A stretch of 64,000 nucleotides of DNA, from assembly GCF_964355755.1 (NCBI RefSeq), contig NC_092672.1, positions 7,192,001 to 7,256,000 on the forward strand. The letters run 5' to 3'. The DNA comes from Antedon mediterranea. Taxonomy: Eukaryota > Animalia > Echinodermata. Below the pieces are notes generated by a model. It saw only the letters and a program-made list of their open reading frames with translations. It did not search any database and was not told the DNA's origin. Below are positions 39,401 to 60,446 of this stretch, in pieces. Position 1 is the first letter of the stretch. Each line of letters opens with the position of its first letter. Both the position numbers and the translations under genes were made by a program.

Positions 39401-42400
39401 CTTTCCATTTTTGGTATCTCGGACATAGATACCTTCATTTTCATCCAATGGAATAGCCTTTCTTTTAGTGAGAACGTCTACCTCAACAGGGGGCACGTAT
39501 TCCATTGGTCCACGCATCATCCACTTATCACCAGGCTTTCGCTCGCAGTCCTAAAGATAAAAAAAAAAATAAGATAACTTTAACTTTAGGAAAGCACAAA
39601 AAACTGGTCATAAGTTGGCCTAAACATTTCATGTTTTGAATCTTTGACTTAGCATAAAAGGAGAAAACTCCTAATGCTAAACAATAGTAGTAGGCAAGCA
39701 GCAATTGTCACATATGGAATATACGTATACATAAAATGCAAGGATTTAAAAAATATATCTTTGTAAACTTACACACAGCGTATCTTTAAATCCTTCGTTT
39801 GCTCGTAAAATGATGCCTTCGTCTTCTCCTAGAATAAACACGTTTTGGATTCCTTTTTCAAGCTTTTCACCAGGCATCAGGAAAAAGGATTTTTCTCCCT
39901 GCAAACAATAGTAAATAAAAATTAAATGATCTTGCAAGAAATCTGGCTCATTTTTAAAGAGATCTTTATAACTAAGTACTGTTCATGCATTGCACGTACA
40001 TATATTAAAGCATAACAATCAGAACTAAAATTATTCCTCAACATCAGGAACACAAATCAGGTGGTGTTACTGGGGAAACATTTTTAAAAACAGTTCTTTT
40101 TTGGGTATGTAATGATTCCTTATTGGAATGTTTGTACTAAAACGTATCAATTGATTAGAAATGGCAATTTCTGTGTTTACCTTGGAAAGCTTCTTTTGTC
40201 CAAGTTGAGGTTTGCCATCTGCACCGACTGGGTCCAATATGACGCAGTACTGACGATTATTAAGTGTAATAATGTCCTTTACACCAACAACCTATTTTTA
40301 AAAAAAGTCAAATTTTAGGAAAATATAACTACCATCGATTTGTGCTCTGCATAGCACAGATCCTAAAACATGCATCCTCCATTTACATGTATTTGTCATT
40401 TTTTTTCCAGGATAATCTTGATCCTAATAATGGTAATTTTTTTTAATATATTTATTTAGTGTTTTTTCTGTTTCCTTTTTGTTTTACTTATTTAAACATT
40501 ATTTTTTGTTACCACATGTTATTAAACTTTATTTTGCAGATTTTAGGAGATTATAGGGTCATATACCCACTTTATTGAGGGGTAGAGTTTAAACTGTGAA
40601 TTGTTATCACATGTGAGCATTCTTAATGTATGTGGAAATAAAGAAATTGAATTAAATAGATTTTCAAAATAGTAGGAAAATAGATAGTAGGTAGACTTGG
40701 GATTGGTTTTAAGCAATTAAACATGGTGGGGGAATTTCGGCTATTGTCACTAAAAGAGAAAGTACACTATATTGACAATAAAGCTTGTGAGTGAGTTCTG
40801 GATAGCTCTGCTTACCTCTTCGTAAACATCTGGAATGTGTGCCTCATTGTCCTCCATCTTTATCAACCATTCTTCACCATTCTTTCTCTTCACGCCCTTG
40901 GAATCTGAAAACGTGCGGTTTGCACGAAGATGAAGCGCTTTCTGTAGAAAACAAAAAAATTCATTCATTCATTTCCTTTATTTCGGATAGTAAATCCATA
41001 TACAAAACATACAAAAAAAAAAACAAATTTCACTAGAACACTCTACAATTTCCTAAAATATTAATTTGCAACAACACTGATGTATAATAGCAAAGATATT
41101 ATATTATAGGAAATGCACATAGAGTCTATAGAATCTGTGACTGATAGATTTTGTCCACCCAAGTTCAAGTTTTCAAGTTCACAAAAACAACTGTCATTTT
41201 AATTCCACCTGCCAACAAATTTAAAGTGTCTTTTTTCATGAAACAATCATGCAAATTTCAAGGATATATTGCACAGTTCATGACATCATGTCCTTTGGTT
41301 TTAAAATTCACTTTGATACAGGATAGAGTGAAGGTTTATTAGGTTTAATAAGGTTATAAAAGGAAATACTAAAAGGCACTGGAGTACAGACCTTACTGTT
41401 GGGGCTAAAGATATTAAAAGACCACAATGAAATTTTTTTTCCATTTTTTTTTCCAGGATAATCTTGATCCTAATAATGGTAATTTTTTTAAATATATTTA
41501 TTTAGTGTTTTTTCTGTTTCGTTTTTGTTTTACTTATTTAAAGATTATTGTTTGTTACCAAATGTTATTAAACTTTATTTTGCAGATTTTAGGAGATTAT
41601 AGGGTCATATACCCACTTTATTGAGGGGTAGAGTCTAAACTGTGAATTGTTATCACATGTGACCATTCTTAATGTATTCTTGGGTAGTACTAAGTAGATT
41701 TGAATACAAACCTTTTCTGTGAGGACATATGCGTTCACAACATCCACAACCTCTTCATATGCACCAGGCAAATAAGCACCAACTTTCTTGACAAGCCATT
41801 CTTCACCGGTGACCCTAAGATTACCCTCTCGATCTTGAGTCTCCTTGCGTGCTCGTAGCTTGATGGCCTGGTTTGGCTTGATGATTGTAGCTCGGATGGT
41901 TTCATCAACAGCTACCTCTTTACGGGGAATGTATGTACCAGGTCCCTCGAACAACCATTCATCACCTGCGACACGCTTTTCTCCGCTGGCATCTTCGTAG
42001 TCCAAGACTGCTCGTAGTCTCAGAGCACAATTGGCAGGCACCACTTTCAAAGGACTAACAGCCTGTAAATATGATATGAAAATATTTAGACATACAGTAT
42101 TGTATTATTTTTAGAATTGGGTTTCTTGTAATCTTGTTTGATTAACTTGACTGCTATTATTTTATTCATGCCTACCTGCTTTAGAACTTCCCCAGGGAAC
42201 AGTGGGAATGGATCTTGTGACAGGCGGATTTCCTGATCAGCATGGCTCAGCTTGATCTGTCCAGTTTTGTCGAGGACAACAGCGCCATCTTTATCCTTCT
42301 GTGCCGGATTCTCTATGATACAGTAGTTCCTTGGTGGAACCATGATCATCTTCTGTGGTCCGAAGATCACTCTAAGTTAGAAAAGGAAAATAGTAAAATA

Positions 42401-42737
42401 AATTGTTCATAATAATAAATAAACAGTTATGAACATACTGTTTCTACATACTCTGTGAAGATGCCATCCATGAGTGGGGTTCCTTTTCATCAATCAATTA
42501 CATATGAATTAGTTTCAAATTCACAAACATAAAGGTCAAACCCTTGATCATGTTTTTTATGTTTATTAAAGGCACACTTTACCTTTCATGATCCTGTCTG
42601 ATGTAAGTCCTTGGTCCGATCTCCACCCTCGTAACATTGCTGTTCTGATCAAGAACATGGATGTAGTAATAAGGAGGGATTCGGTAGATGGAATCATCAC
42701 CTCCTGAACCGCCGGATGAACGTTTGCCTTTATCCAT
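36414..42737 (-). CDS. MVP: Major vault protein, complete, ~13 coding exons
   Basis: Starts [45 protein letters not shown]; vault repeats ([39 protein letters not shown]); shoulder ([30 protein letters not shown]); cap helix ([28 protein letters not shown]); C-terminal [21 protein letters not shown] non-coding exon probably ends at ~44494. Confidence 0.97.
40397..41678. repeat. ~235-bp direct repeat in two MVP introns (~40397-40630 and ~41442-41678)
   Basis: ccaggataatcttgatcctaataatggtaatt...ggagattatagggtcatatacccac...cattcttaatgta occurs twice with few differences. Confidence 0.85.
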
Positions 42738-42873
42738 GATGACTTATTTTTTGAATCTGCATAGGAATGAAATACACATGAGATTTCAATGCTGACAAGG
42801 CACAGTAAATAAACTGTATGAATTACTTTTTAAGCCATTGGCTTAAAGTGTATTGGATTTTGGCTTGATATAA

Positions 42874-43373
42874 TAGAGAGGTTTCGCAATCTTACGAATA
42901 CTATAACGAAAACGGATACGTCACGCACACGTATTCGTTTTCGTAAGAAAAAAATCTGTTTCGCATTGCAACGAAATATCGAGGCGCATCCAAAATATGA
43001 CTGTGGTAAATTTGAGCGAAGCGCAGGTACGTGTTGCTTGGTGCTTGGCGCTTGGCTGCCTAGGCCTAGCGTAACATCAAAGCGAGTGAGGACTTTAAAA
43101 ACTGCTATTTATCAAAATTGACCTGACATTTTGGTAAATTACTTTCAATAAATCTATAATTATATTATAATCATGAATCATTCCTAATTCAAATGCAAAA
43201 TGTGCAAAATAGATCAAAAACTATACTCGTTTTGTAGTTACGAATATGACTGGTGATATTCGTCAACACGAATACGCTTTACGAATATGAAATGGGGATC
43301 AGCTCAAAAGTTTCACAAATGTATGACGTATCCGTTTTCGTTATCGTATTCGTAAGGTTGCGAAACCTCCCTA
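42874..43373. mobile_element. ~500-bp MITE with ~50-bp TIRs in MVP intron 1
   Basis: tagagaggtttcgcaatcttacgaatactataacgaaaacggatacgtca ... tgacgtatccgttttcgttatcgtattcgtaaggttgcgaaacctcccta. Confidence 0.8.
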
Positions 43374-45086
43374 TTGTCTATACTGTACTATTACAGTACA
43401 AAATTTAAATTTTGGTTACTGAATTTGAAAGAAAAGATTGTTCTAGTAGTACTATATATGAATATCATATCTATACATAATATTTTGAAGTCATTAATGG
43501 CTAGACTGAACTGCAGTGTAAAAACATATTGTCCTTGACTTTAGTATAAATTAGCATTCTAGCTTAGGGATTATACTAATATGAAATTATGATATGAATA
43601 AATTATTATTTTGAAATAAACTGCAAGTAAATACATTCTGCCCTTGACCTTAAAATAGTAGAATGTCGGAGTTAATAATTGATGGAATGATATGTATGAT
43701 GATAAAATCTGAAAGATTAATGTTATTTCCAAGATCTATTTTGTCTCAATCTAGAATGAACAGGATATTAAATAGACGCCACTTATTTACCATAGTCACT
43801 TCCTTTGCATTGCATAATCAATATATTTTCTATTACTTTGCAATTTCACTATTCATGCATACAACCATTGTTATCCAATCCATCATGTTTATGAAGGCTT
43901 GGGTTAAGTTTCAATATCTGACTATATCACAGTATTACTAACAGGCCCATAGAGCAATACAAATACAAGTATTTAGTATATGCTTTATTTCTCTAAAATA
44001 AGCAAAACTATTGTTTGTGCTACTGCACTTTCGCATCTTTTGACAATTTCAGAATTTTTACCTAAATTTTCTTCCTTTTCTCACAAATTATAACAATGCA
44101 AAACTGAGAGTATATCTAATTTCATTATTAGATTAGATTGTCACTATGAGTCCATTGTTTGTGTAGCTTTTTTGAAGATTATTAAATATTTTATATATAA
44201 AAAAGAAAATTTAGCAATTTAGGTTTAAAATATTTTATGGGTTTTTAAATAATAAAAAAAGACATTAAATTTTATTAAACCATGGAGCAGAAAAACAAAT
44301 TTGGTCCAAAAATATAAGTGCATTAGCGCTGGGTTATAATAATATTTAATCCACAAATGAAAAGAAAATGCTGCAATATACTGTTTACTATATGGTAAGA
44401 GCCCTAGGCCTAGTAATTATATTGGTAATAATCATGGAGTAAAGAATAAGAAACCACATATAGGCCTAGTACTGTAATACTGTACAAACTTACCTTCACC
44501 AAATAACCATTCCCTGAGAAGAGAACCCCTGTTCACCTATCCTTACCGGTGCAAAATATATAACAAGGCAAACTAATACCGTTTATATACTATTTGGTGA
44601 CGAAATAGTGGTGCAATATTAAGGTATGTGTCATACAGTGAAACAGCTTACGTTAGCACTACAGTACCGCACCAAACACCGGCAGGTTAAATTAGCTCGC
44701 CGCTGAGCAACGCCAACGCACCATAAACAAACGTCATCATAGTAGTTTATACGGTCAGGTTTATCTATAAAAAATGATCCAATAAACAACATTTGCTCGA
44801 AAAAACTTACCTTACTATTCAAGTATTGTATAATAAGCACTAGAAAGTTCTAGAGTGCACTTTTTACAGTTAAGTACAGACTTAACTTTTCAGTTGATTG
44901 TGCAATACTTTAACCTTCGGTGTATCGCCAGAGCCAGCGCCTACAAAGCAGCCAATACCTGAGTTGCATTATTTACCCTCGATGTTCTTGTTATTCATCC
45001 AATCAACGAGTTGAATAATTACGTCATATTTATTTCTGAAAGTGATACTATTTTTCTAAATAAAGAGGGCGAAAAATAATACTGTA

Positions 45087-45540
45087 ATAGGGAGTTTTCG
45101 CAACCTTTCGAATACGATAACGAAAACATACGTCACACATTTCATATTTCATATTTCATATTTCATATTCGTAAGACGTATTCGTGTTGACGAGAATATC
45201 ATTCACCAGTCATATTCGTAACTACAAAACGAGTAGGCCTATAGTTGTTTATCTATTTTGCACATTTTGCATTTGAATCAAGAATGATTCATGATTATAA
45301 TATAATTATACTTTTATTGAAAGTAATTTACTAAGGATAAATAGCACAGTTTTTAAAGTCCTCACTCGCTTTGATGTTACGCTACGTACCTGCGCTTCGC
45401 TCAAATTTACCGCAGTCATATTTTGGACGGTGCCCTCAATATTTCGTTGCCATGCGAAAGAGATTTTTACTGGCTTACGAAAAACGAATACGTGTGCGTG
45501 ACGTACCCGTTTTCGTTATCGTATTCGTAAGATTGTGAAA
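45087..45540. mobile_element. Second copy of the same MITE, in inverted orientation, upstream of MVP
   Basis: Same TIRs; the internal sequence is the reverse complement of 42874-43373 (e.g. gaatgattcatgattataat vs attataatcatgaatcattc). Confidence 0.8.
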
Positions 45541-45682
45541 ATAATATACCTACCTTAGCTCCCTTACTAGAGACATTTTCGTTGTATTCACCACGCGTGA
45601 CGGACACTCACGTAGCTTGGAATGTATTTAAATTTTACCGCCAGGAAGCTTTCAACACTTCACACGTTCCATTTCGTTAGTA

Positions 45683-53413
<7,731 letters not shown>

Positions 53414-53833
53414 AAGATGCAAAGATTTGAGGATTGCAATACCGTACTATTAAAATAACTATTTTGTTTTATTCCCGTTTTATTGAAGACACTTCGCTAT
53501 ATATTGTGTATATTTTACTTGATATGAACTTATATATTACATCTGTCTGTAAATCCTTTACCGGTTTAGTCTCAATAAATAATCATAAATATTAATAATG
53601 CTTAGTGTAGGCCTACTCTTATTGTTTTATGATAAACCATACATAATACTGTACCGAGCTGATGGATATCTTGGACTTTCTCCTTTTGAAAATCAATGTA
53701 TAAACACACCCACGTACACAGAAGGTGAAGAAGGCTGCTACGGAAAAAGCATACTACTGCCTGCCTATACAATGGAAAACAATTCAAATGTGAAATGAAT
53801 CTCTACTGATGGTGTAAGGCCAATTTAAACACA

Positions 53834-55024
53834 CTAGATGGTACGCTCGCTTCGCTCGCGTACCATCTAGTTCGTGCCCACAGATGGTTCTCGAATATAT
53901 AGTAATTTCAGCGTAAAAAAACTGGCGATTTCAAATGTACGTACGGCAGGACTAAATGATTTATGTAGTCAACCAAAATTAGCACCTAGAAACTTGTCAT
54001 TAGAGTTGAGCGTTGGGGATGAGGTACAAAAAGGAACAATTTTTTAATATATTCTTTATATTAAATTATTCTTTATATTTCTTTTATATCCACTCAGTAA
54101 CGAAATATTTTTTTTATAGGCCTATAAATAATATTCCACTAAATAGAGTAAAACATTTCCGATTTAATACTTTATTAAAACTGTCACCGTCTCATGGTCG
54201 TTTGAAATAGTGAAGTACATTTAAAGACCACTAATACGTTTATATTTTTGTAATTATTAATTAATACAAACGTTGAGAAACAACTGACAGTAATAAAGTA
54301 TTATAATATTATGTGTTTATAATCTAAAAGTAGGGGCTACCCACACTCACAGTGATAACGTTTATTAATATATTTGTTTATATTATATCTAACAGTACCA
54401 ACACACTTTTGATTCAAATGGCGATCAAAAGTGGTTAATACCTATTTGCAGTATTGTATAGAATTACAATACTATTTCTGTTTATTCTCCAAGGGTCTAT
54501 AAATTTACCTACTTGTGTTAAACCATGGAGGTATGCAAGTATGGTTAAACGAAATAATTTGGAATGTTCCATTCATTGCAAATCAATACATTTGTATAAA
54601 CGTATATTAAATCTATCAAAATAGTATTTTTTTAAAGAAAATCGGCCTGTCTTCAACATTATGATGCTGTACTCGAGCTGTTCAACCGGTTTTCAGCCAT
54701 TAAAAACAGTTTTCGTAGGAGGAGATAGGAAAATGCGAAGCATCCTCGTATTATTGTATGCGGGTATTTTTCACGATGGACATGCATTAGACAGTGTATA
54801 CCACGATCGGAAAACACCCCTATTTGGGGCAAATCGTTGAACCTAAATTCGTTTTAATTGCCAATAACTAATTATCTGACTCAATTTAATTAGTAAACAG
54901 GGTTACATCAGGTGGTTAAAATCAGTACCGAAAGTACGAACCAACTTTATATACCATCGAGTAAACATTCTAGAAGTAACGCGCGATTTACCGAATTTTG
55001 CCCTTACGTAAATTTATATATAGA
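53834..55024 (-). mobile_element. Non-autonomous Helitron (~1.2 kb)
   Basis: Minus strand begins A|TCTATATAAAT at 55024 and ends CTAG|T at 53834, with a GC-rich terminal hairpin (actagatggtacgc..gcgtaccatctagt); no TSD. Pairing of the two ends is inferred. Confidence 0.6.
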
Positions 55025-55072
55025 TGAGCGGGTAGCGGTAATACAAATATAAATCGATCTTATTTCTTATGA

Positions 55073-55402
55073 CCATTTACACACAACGCGGAGCGGACGT
55101 GACGGGCGGTTTCCGCGCAGGATAGTTAGATTCTACGTGGGACAAGCTACGCTGTTTTCCGCTTACCGTTACCGCTCGTCTGTGTAAATGAATACAGATG
55201 GCTGTAGGAACTGTCACACAAGGTGTTCTTTCATTGACAATAATACAGAAATACTGAATTATGATTGATTTGAAGTGTGAAAGTGTGAACATAGAATTAC
55301 GATACAAATCACTAGGCCAATTTACACAGACGAGCGGTAACGGTAAGCGGTAATTGTAAGCGAAAAACCGCGTGGCTTTTCCCATTTACACAGCGCGCGG
55401 AG
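55073..55402. repeat. Inverted-repeat element (MITE-like)
   Basis: ccgcttaccgttaccgctcgtctgtgtaaat (~55159-55189) vs atttacacagacgagcggtaacggtaagcgg (~55320-55350); catttacaca repeated at 55074 and 55383. Confidence 0.6.
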
Positions 55403-55971
55403 TTCGCGAACGGAGAGGTGGAAACCTCTCGCGTTAGGGTTCCAATACCTATGTTGGAATGACTTCATAATATAAATCGAAGATGTAGGGCGCGTCTACT
55501 CTGGGTTCCAGACGAAGTTTTGACTTAATATTAGTAAAAATATTTTGGCACAAATGGCGTTTCATTCATACGTATACTGCTTAAGCTTGGTCTGGAGTGT
55601 GTCTTGATATTGAAGTGATCATGTAACTGTCTGTACCTTACAAAAACCACAACAAACGATATTGACAAATACCTCACACATGTTTTTAATCCAATATGCA
55701 AAATTCTCTACCACATCTTCATTGTAATTTATAATAGTTGTAAAATAATACAAAAACTAATATAGCCCACTTCAATTTGTGTATAATCTCTACCAAATAA
55801 TATTATATTACTTTAAAATTATTATGTTCATTTGTTTAAATAGTATTAACAAATATAATTCAGTTATGTATATTAGGACTACGGCAATCATTAATTATTC
55901 AGATAAATTTGCATACAATTCCACATGGGTAACACTTGGTTTTTACAATTAAAAAGAAGGTGGGTTGATAT

Positions 55972-58900
55972 TTAGTTGTTAGCTGCAAATTCTTCACCCT
56001 TTGCGATGTTCTTCTTTAGTTCTTCAATGCACTCGTTGAGTATCTTAGTTTCAAAATTTGACAAAGTTCCTAAACCGAGGTTCCGCTCAATACCGTTGGG
56101 CTGTTAGAAAAAAAGAAAATTGTTCAGTATAGAACTGGTGTACGATTCCTTAAAACAATGCATAAATATTCTACGCTCTGGATAGGGTAAACTTTCCCTT
56201 CATAACATTTCTCCTGTTATAAGCATTTATGATTTCAATTCAAGTTTATTCCAAAAAATATAGCATTGCAGAAAAACTGAATTTGTGTCAAATTTACATT
56301 CAATCCATTACTTAAGCTCTGACTACACTATAAATCTAGTTTGACAAAAAATGTTTAATATAGTGTCATTGTGTCCTTATATGGGAATATCACATTTTTG
56401 TTGTCACATAAAGTTTGATAGGGTAGACAGAGCTTTACAAAATGATTAGCATATATACTTTTGACAAATAGTATGCAAAACAGAATACAAACATGTAAGT
56501 TTATAATTGGTCAACAATAGTGAGTGATTTTAGCAATGTAAATGCCAACATGACAGCAAGGGCCCACAAGCTGAAAATCTACACAAATTGAAATCTGGAA
56601 AAATAGACATTTTACTGCTGGTTGTAGTATACAGTTAAGCGCTTAACTGCACTGAGCAGGTTGGCAAAAAAATCTTAGATAGTTTTTCTAACTACTTACC
56701 CCAAGCAGAAGCGGTGATGCAAAGTAAGTAGCCTCTGTAAGTTCTGACTTGACAAAAGCGCACTCTATAACACCTTGTTTGCCGTTCATTGCCTCAAGAA
56801 GCTAACAACAAATATTACAAATATAACAAGTTATTTCGAGATGAATATTTAAGCTCTGTCTACACTATCAAACTAGTTTGACAAAAAAAAAGTGTGATGT
56901 GCCCAAATATGGTAGTGGTATAACATCATCATGTCCATATATGGGCACATCACATTTGTTTTGTCACATAAAGTTTGATAGTGTAGACAAAGCTTTAGTG
57001 AAATACAGATAACTTTTATTGTCCAAAAAAACTGGATATTGCATTGCTCACTTGTCACAAAGACAGATATAAAAATATAGTATAAAAATCAGAGATACTT
57101 AGCTGTTTTGATTGGCTTACGAGGTTGGCTAACATTATAATATTTAACTATATAATTTATATGATAATGTGGAAACTTACAGAGAACGTAAATCTAGCAC
57201 CTGCATAGGCCATGGACAATGTGGCAGATCCCTGTAAAGAAAAGTGTCAAATAATTGGATTGCAATATTATTATATATAAAACAGTGAGTAAAGTAACCA
57301 TACAGTAGAACCCTATTCAAGGGACACTCTTATAGGGTGACTTTCTTGCAAAATGAGAAAATAAACAAGAGCATATATAAAACTAAGGTCAACCCCTATT
57401 CAGGGAAAACACCTATTAAGTAGACACTTTGTTGACGATTATACAGTATTGTGTTACCATTGATGCATAAAATACTTACAGCTCCTGCTTTTGCATTGAC
57501 AACTTCAGTACCTGCATTTTGAATTCTCTCAGTCATCTTTTGTAAGTCTTCATCACTAAATGATACCTTAGGTGTACACTGCAACACAAACATAATCATC
57601 ACACAATCTTAATTCATTTCATTGTGTATTGTATTGGCATACGTGGCCCATGAATCAACAACAGTGCACTATAACACCAAAACAATTGGTGCATGCGACC
57701 TCTGGGACTCATATAAGTGAGTGAGTGGCCGAGCGGTTAAGAAAGTGGAACCGTAATTACGTAGCCATAACATCGGCAGGGGTTCGAGGCTCACTCGCTC
57801 CATGGTTCTGGTGGTAGAACGAGTCTTCTCGGATAAGGACAATAAACCGTAGGTCCAGTGTACACATCTAGCTCGTGTGCACTTTAAAGAACCTAGTACA
57901 TCTTTCGAGACGAGTAGGGGGTAACCCCGGTGTATTAGTACATCACAGCTACTGATCACCAACTGGGCCCTCTGGGAGACCAGTCTTTGACTGAAGAGGT
58001 TAACCAGTATAAATATAAATAAATAAATAAAAAGTAATACAACAAAATTCATAAATTGTTAAAAAAATGTAAAACAATTGAAGCATTTTAATGTAATTTT
58101 GACTATCAATCAAACACTTTATGTGACAACAAATGTGATGTGCCCATATATGGACAAAATGATGTCATATCACTACCATTATTTGGGCACATCAACTCTT
58201 TTCTGTCAAACTAGTTCAATAGTGTAGACAGCGCTTTAATGTTCTTGGTAAAAGACTATTGTTAGAAAATCGACATTGGCAGGAACAGTGTAGTAAGAGC
58301 AGCAGCAGAATAATGTAATGAACATCAGCAACATTACTAGCATCAAGCAGCTATCTGTAAACCTACCTGTGATACGAGTGGGATGATCGTAATTCCAGAG
58401 TGACCGCCAATCACAGGGCAATTAGTGGCTCCAACATCTAGCCCCTTAGCCTCTGCAATGAATGTGTTAGCTCTTACGATGTCCAGGGTAGAAACACCAA
58501 ATATCCTCCTGGGGTCGTACACTCCAGCAGCTTTGAAAACTTCAGTGGTGATTGGTACAGTTGAGTTCACCTGATAATATTAAATAATATTCAATGTTTT
58601 ACAATAATAAATTAGCATTTCACGGTTCATAACATGGCAAATTTTACTTAGCAGCACACTACTTACAGGATTTGAAATGATTCCAATCATAGCTTTGGGA
58701 CAATACTTGGCACATCCCTCTGCTAAGGTCTTCACAATTGATGCATTCGTGTTAAAAAGGTCATCACGTGTCATACCTAATAAAAAGTTAATATAAATTA
58801 ATGATTAATGATGGAAATTAACCAATGTTTCTAGTGGAAATACGCAAAAATTAAAGATTTAAAATCTCAATTATTATATTCTACTTTGCCTTCTTGCCTT

Positions 58901-59992
58901 TGCATTTTTTATATTGCATTTATCAATATATATTATTATAATCGACATGAAATTAAAATACACCACCAATAATTATTTAAACATTTCTTCGCACCTGGCT
59001 TTCGTGGGACGCCAGCTGGAATGATGACAACTGAACATCCTTCCAAACATTCTTGAAGCTGGTCTGGACCTTGATGACCTGTGACCTTAGCTTTTGTTTC
59101 AATATGGCTCAAGTCAGCTGCTACGCCAGGAGTGTTGGCTATATCGTAAAGGGATAAATGCGATACAAGTGGGCTTTGCTTGATCAGTAATGACATAGGC
59201 TGTCCTATACCTCCGGAAGCTCCTAAAACTGCGACCTTTGCATTATTCTGTAAGTTGAAAAAAATGTCATTAAGTCAGAAAATTTACTTAAATTAGAGTG
59301 TTTTTTCTTTACTAAATACTACAACAATTGGCCTACAAAAACAGTAATATAATTGTAATATAATTATTATATTGGGTATAATTAGGTATTAAAGGTATAA
59401 TATCTACTACTAATTAACTACTCCAGTCTATGTATGTATAGGCTACACAACAGACAGTTCAATGATATATAATATATAGATAGGCTAGAATGAATTGATC
59501 ATTTTATACACCTTGCAACCAGGGAGTTGTTCAACTACCTAAACTAGGCCTCTCTCTAGTTTTTAGAGCACAAAAATTTTTTTTTTATAAAAATGTGCAT
59601 ATAGGATAGATTTAGGCCCTACCCCTCCTAGCTAGGCCTATATTAAATAAATTTTATATTTTTTGTAATTGTGACATTTTAAAACAAGACAAATATAGAC
59701 TCTCATGAAATGTTATGGCAACTGACTGAGGTCAATAACATTTGGTGTCTTTTCAGTTATGCTAGGCCCAGGTCAACAATATAAACATGTCGGTAAAAGG
59801 CAGATTCCAGACGTTTTCTCCCTGGCAGTAATCACATACACAGTGTTGGACGATTTAATTAATTTAGGTAGGGCTAGCCTAGCTGCATATTTCCCCTTTA
59901 GTTTACTCAAACAATACCTGTGATGTGGATGAAAACTGTCGCACCGAACAACGTATGTTTTGTGAAGCCAATGCTCTAACAGAAAATGCCAT
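55972..59992 (-). CDS. MDH2: Mitochondrial malate dehydrogenase
   Basis: Presequence [25 protein letters not shown]; [14 protein letters not shown]; [25 protein letters not shown]; ISNPVNSTVPI; [12 protein letters not shown]; [30 protein letters not shown]; ends KGEEFAANN*. Confidence 0.97.
57715..58035 (+). mobile_element. tRNA-derived Deu/Nin-domain SINE in an MDH2 intron
   Basis: A-box tggccgagcgg, B-box ggttcgaggc, core tcttctcggataaggac..taaaccgtaggtcc..gcactttaaagaacc, (taaa)n tail. Confidence 0.75.
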
Positions 59993-60446
59993 TATTAATA
60001 TATTTTTTACAAATTTAGGAAAATAAGTCAAGACTCAAAAGAAAGAAAAAGACCGGTGATCCACTTCCGTTTTTTAAAGGTCGCTTAAAAAAGTCCTTTG
60101 ACCTCATGACCTATGCGCGTAGTTAGCAACAAGCCTCATTACATTCTAATAATATACCCGTAACGTTTTCTCTTTAAATATAGCATAACACACGAGTAAT
60201 TTTTTTTCTTTATTGAAAAACAAATATTATTTACCCAACTTTTATTTTTAAATTTATATTTGGAACTGAAAAAGTAATTATTTTATACAAATACGTAAGA
60301 ACTATATTTCCAAAAGCACAAACATTGCAGAAACAATGGCGTGCGTAGGCTCTCTTGGAAACAAAGTAAACAAACCAACGTGTGTAAGAAGATAACAAAA
60401 CATCATTATTGACAGTTTCTCCTGAGATAACGAACAGTATTTTAAC
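59993..60446. promoter_or_regulatory. Putative bidirectional promoter of MDH2 and STYXL1
   Basis: Only ~450 bp between divergent start codons; ETS/GABP-like cacttccg at 60062-60069 and two TGACCT half-sites at 60099-60104 and 60107-60112. Confidence 0.6.

Noticed and set aside
57715-57800. tRNA gene or vault RNA (A/B boxes in a window containing MVP)
   Set aside because: The boxes run into a Deu-domain core and A-rich tail, with a second copy at ~10600; this is a SINE head. No vault-RNA-like unit with a terminator was seen.
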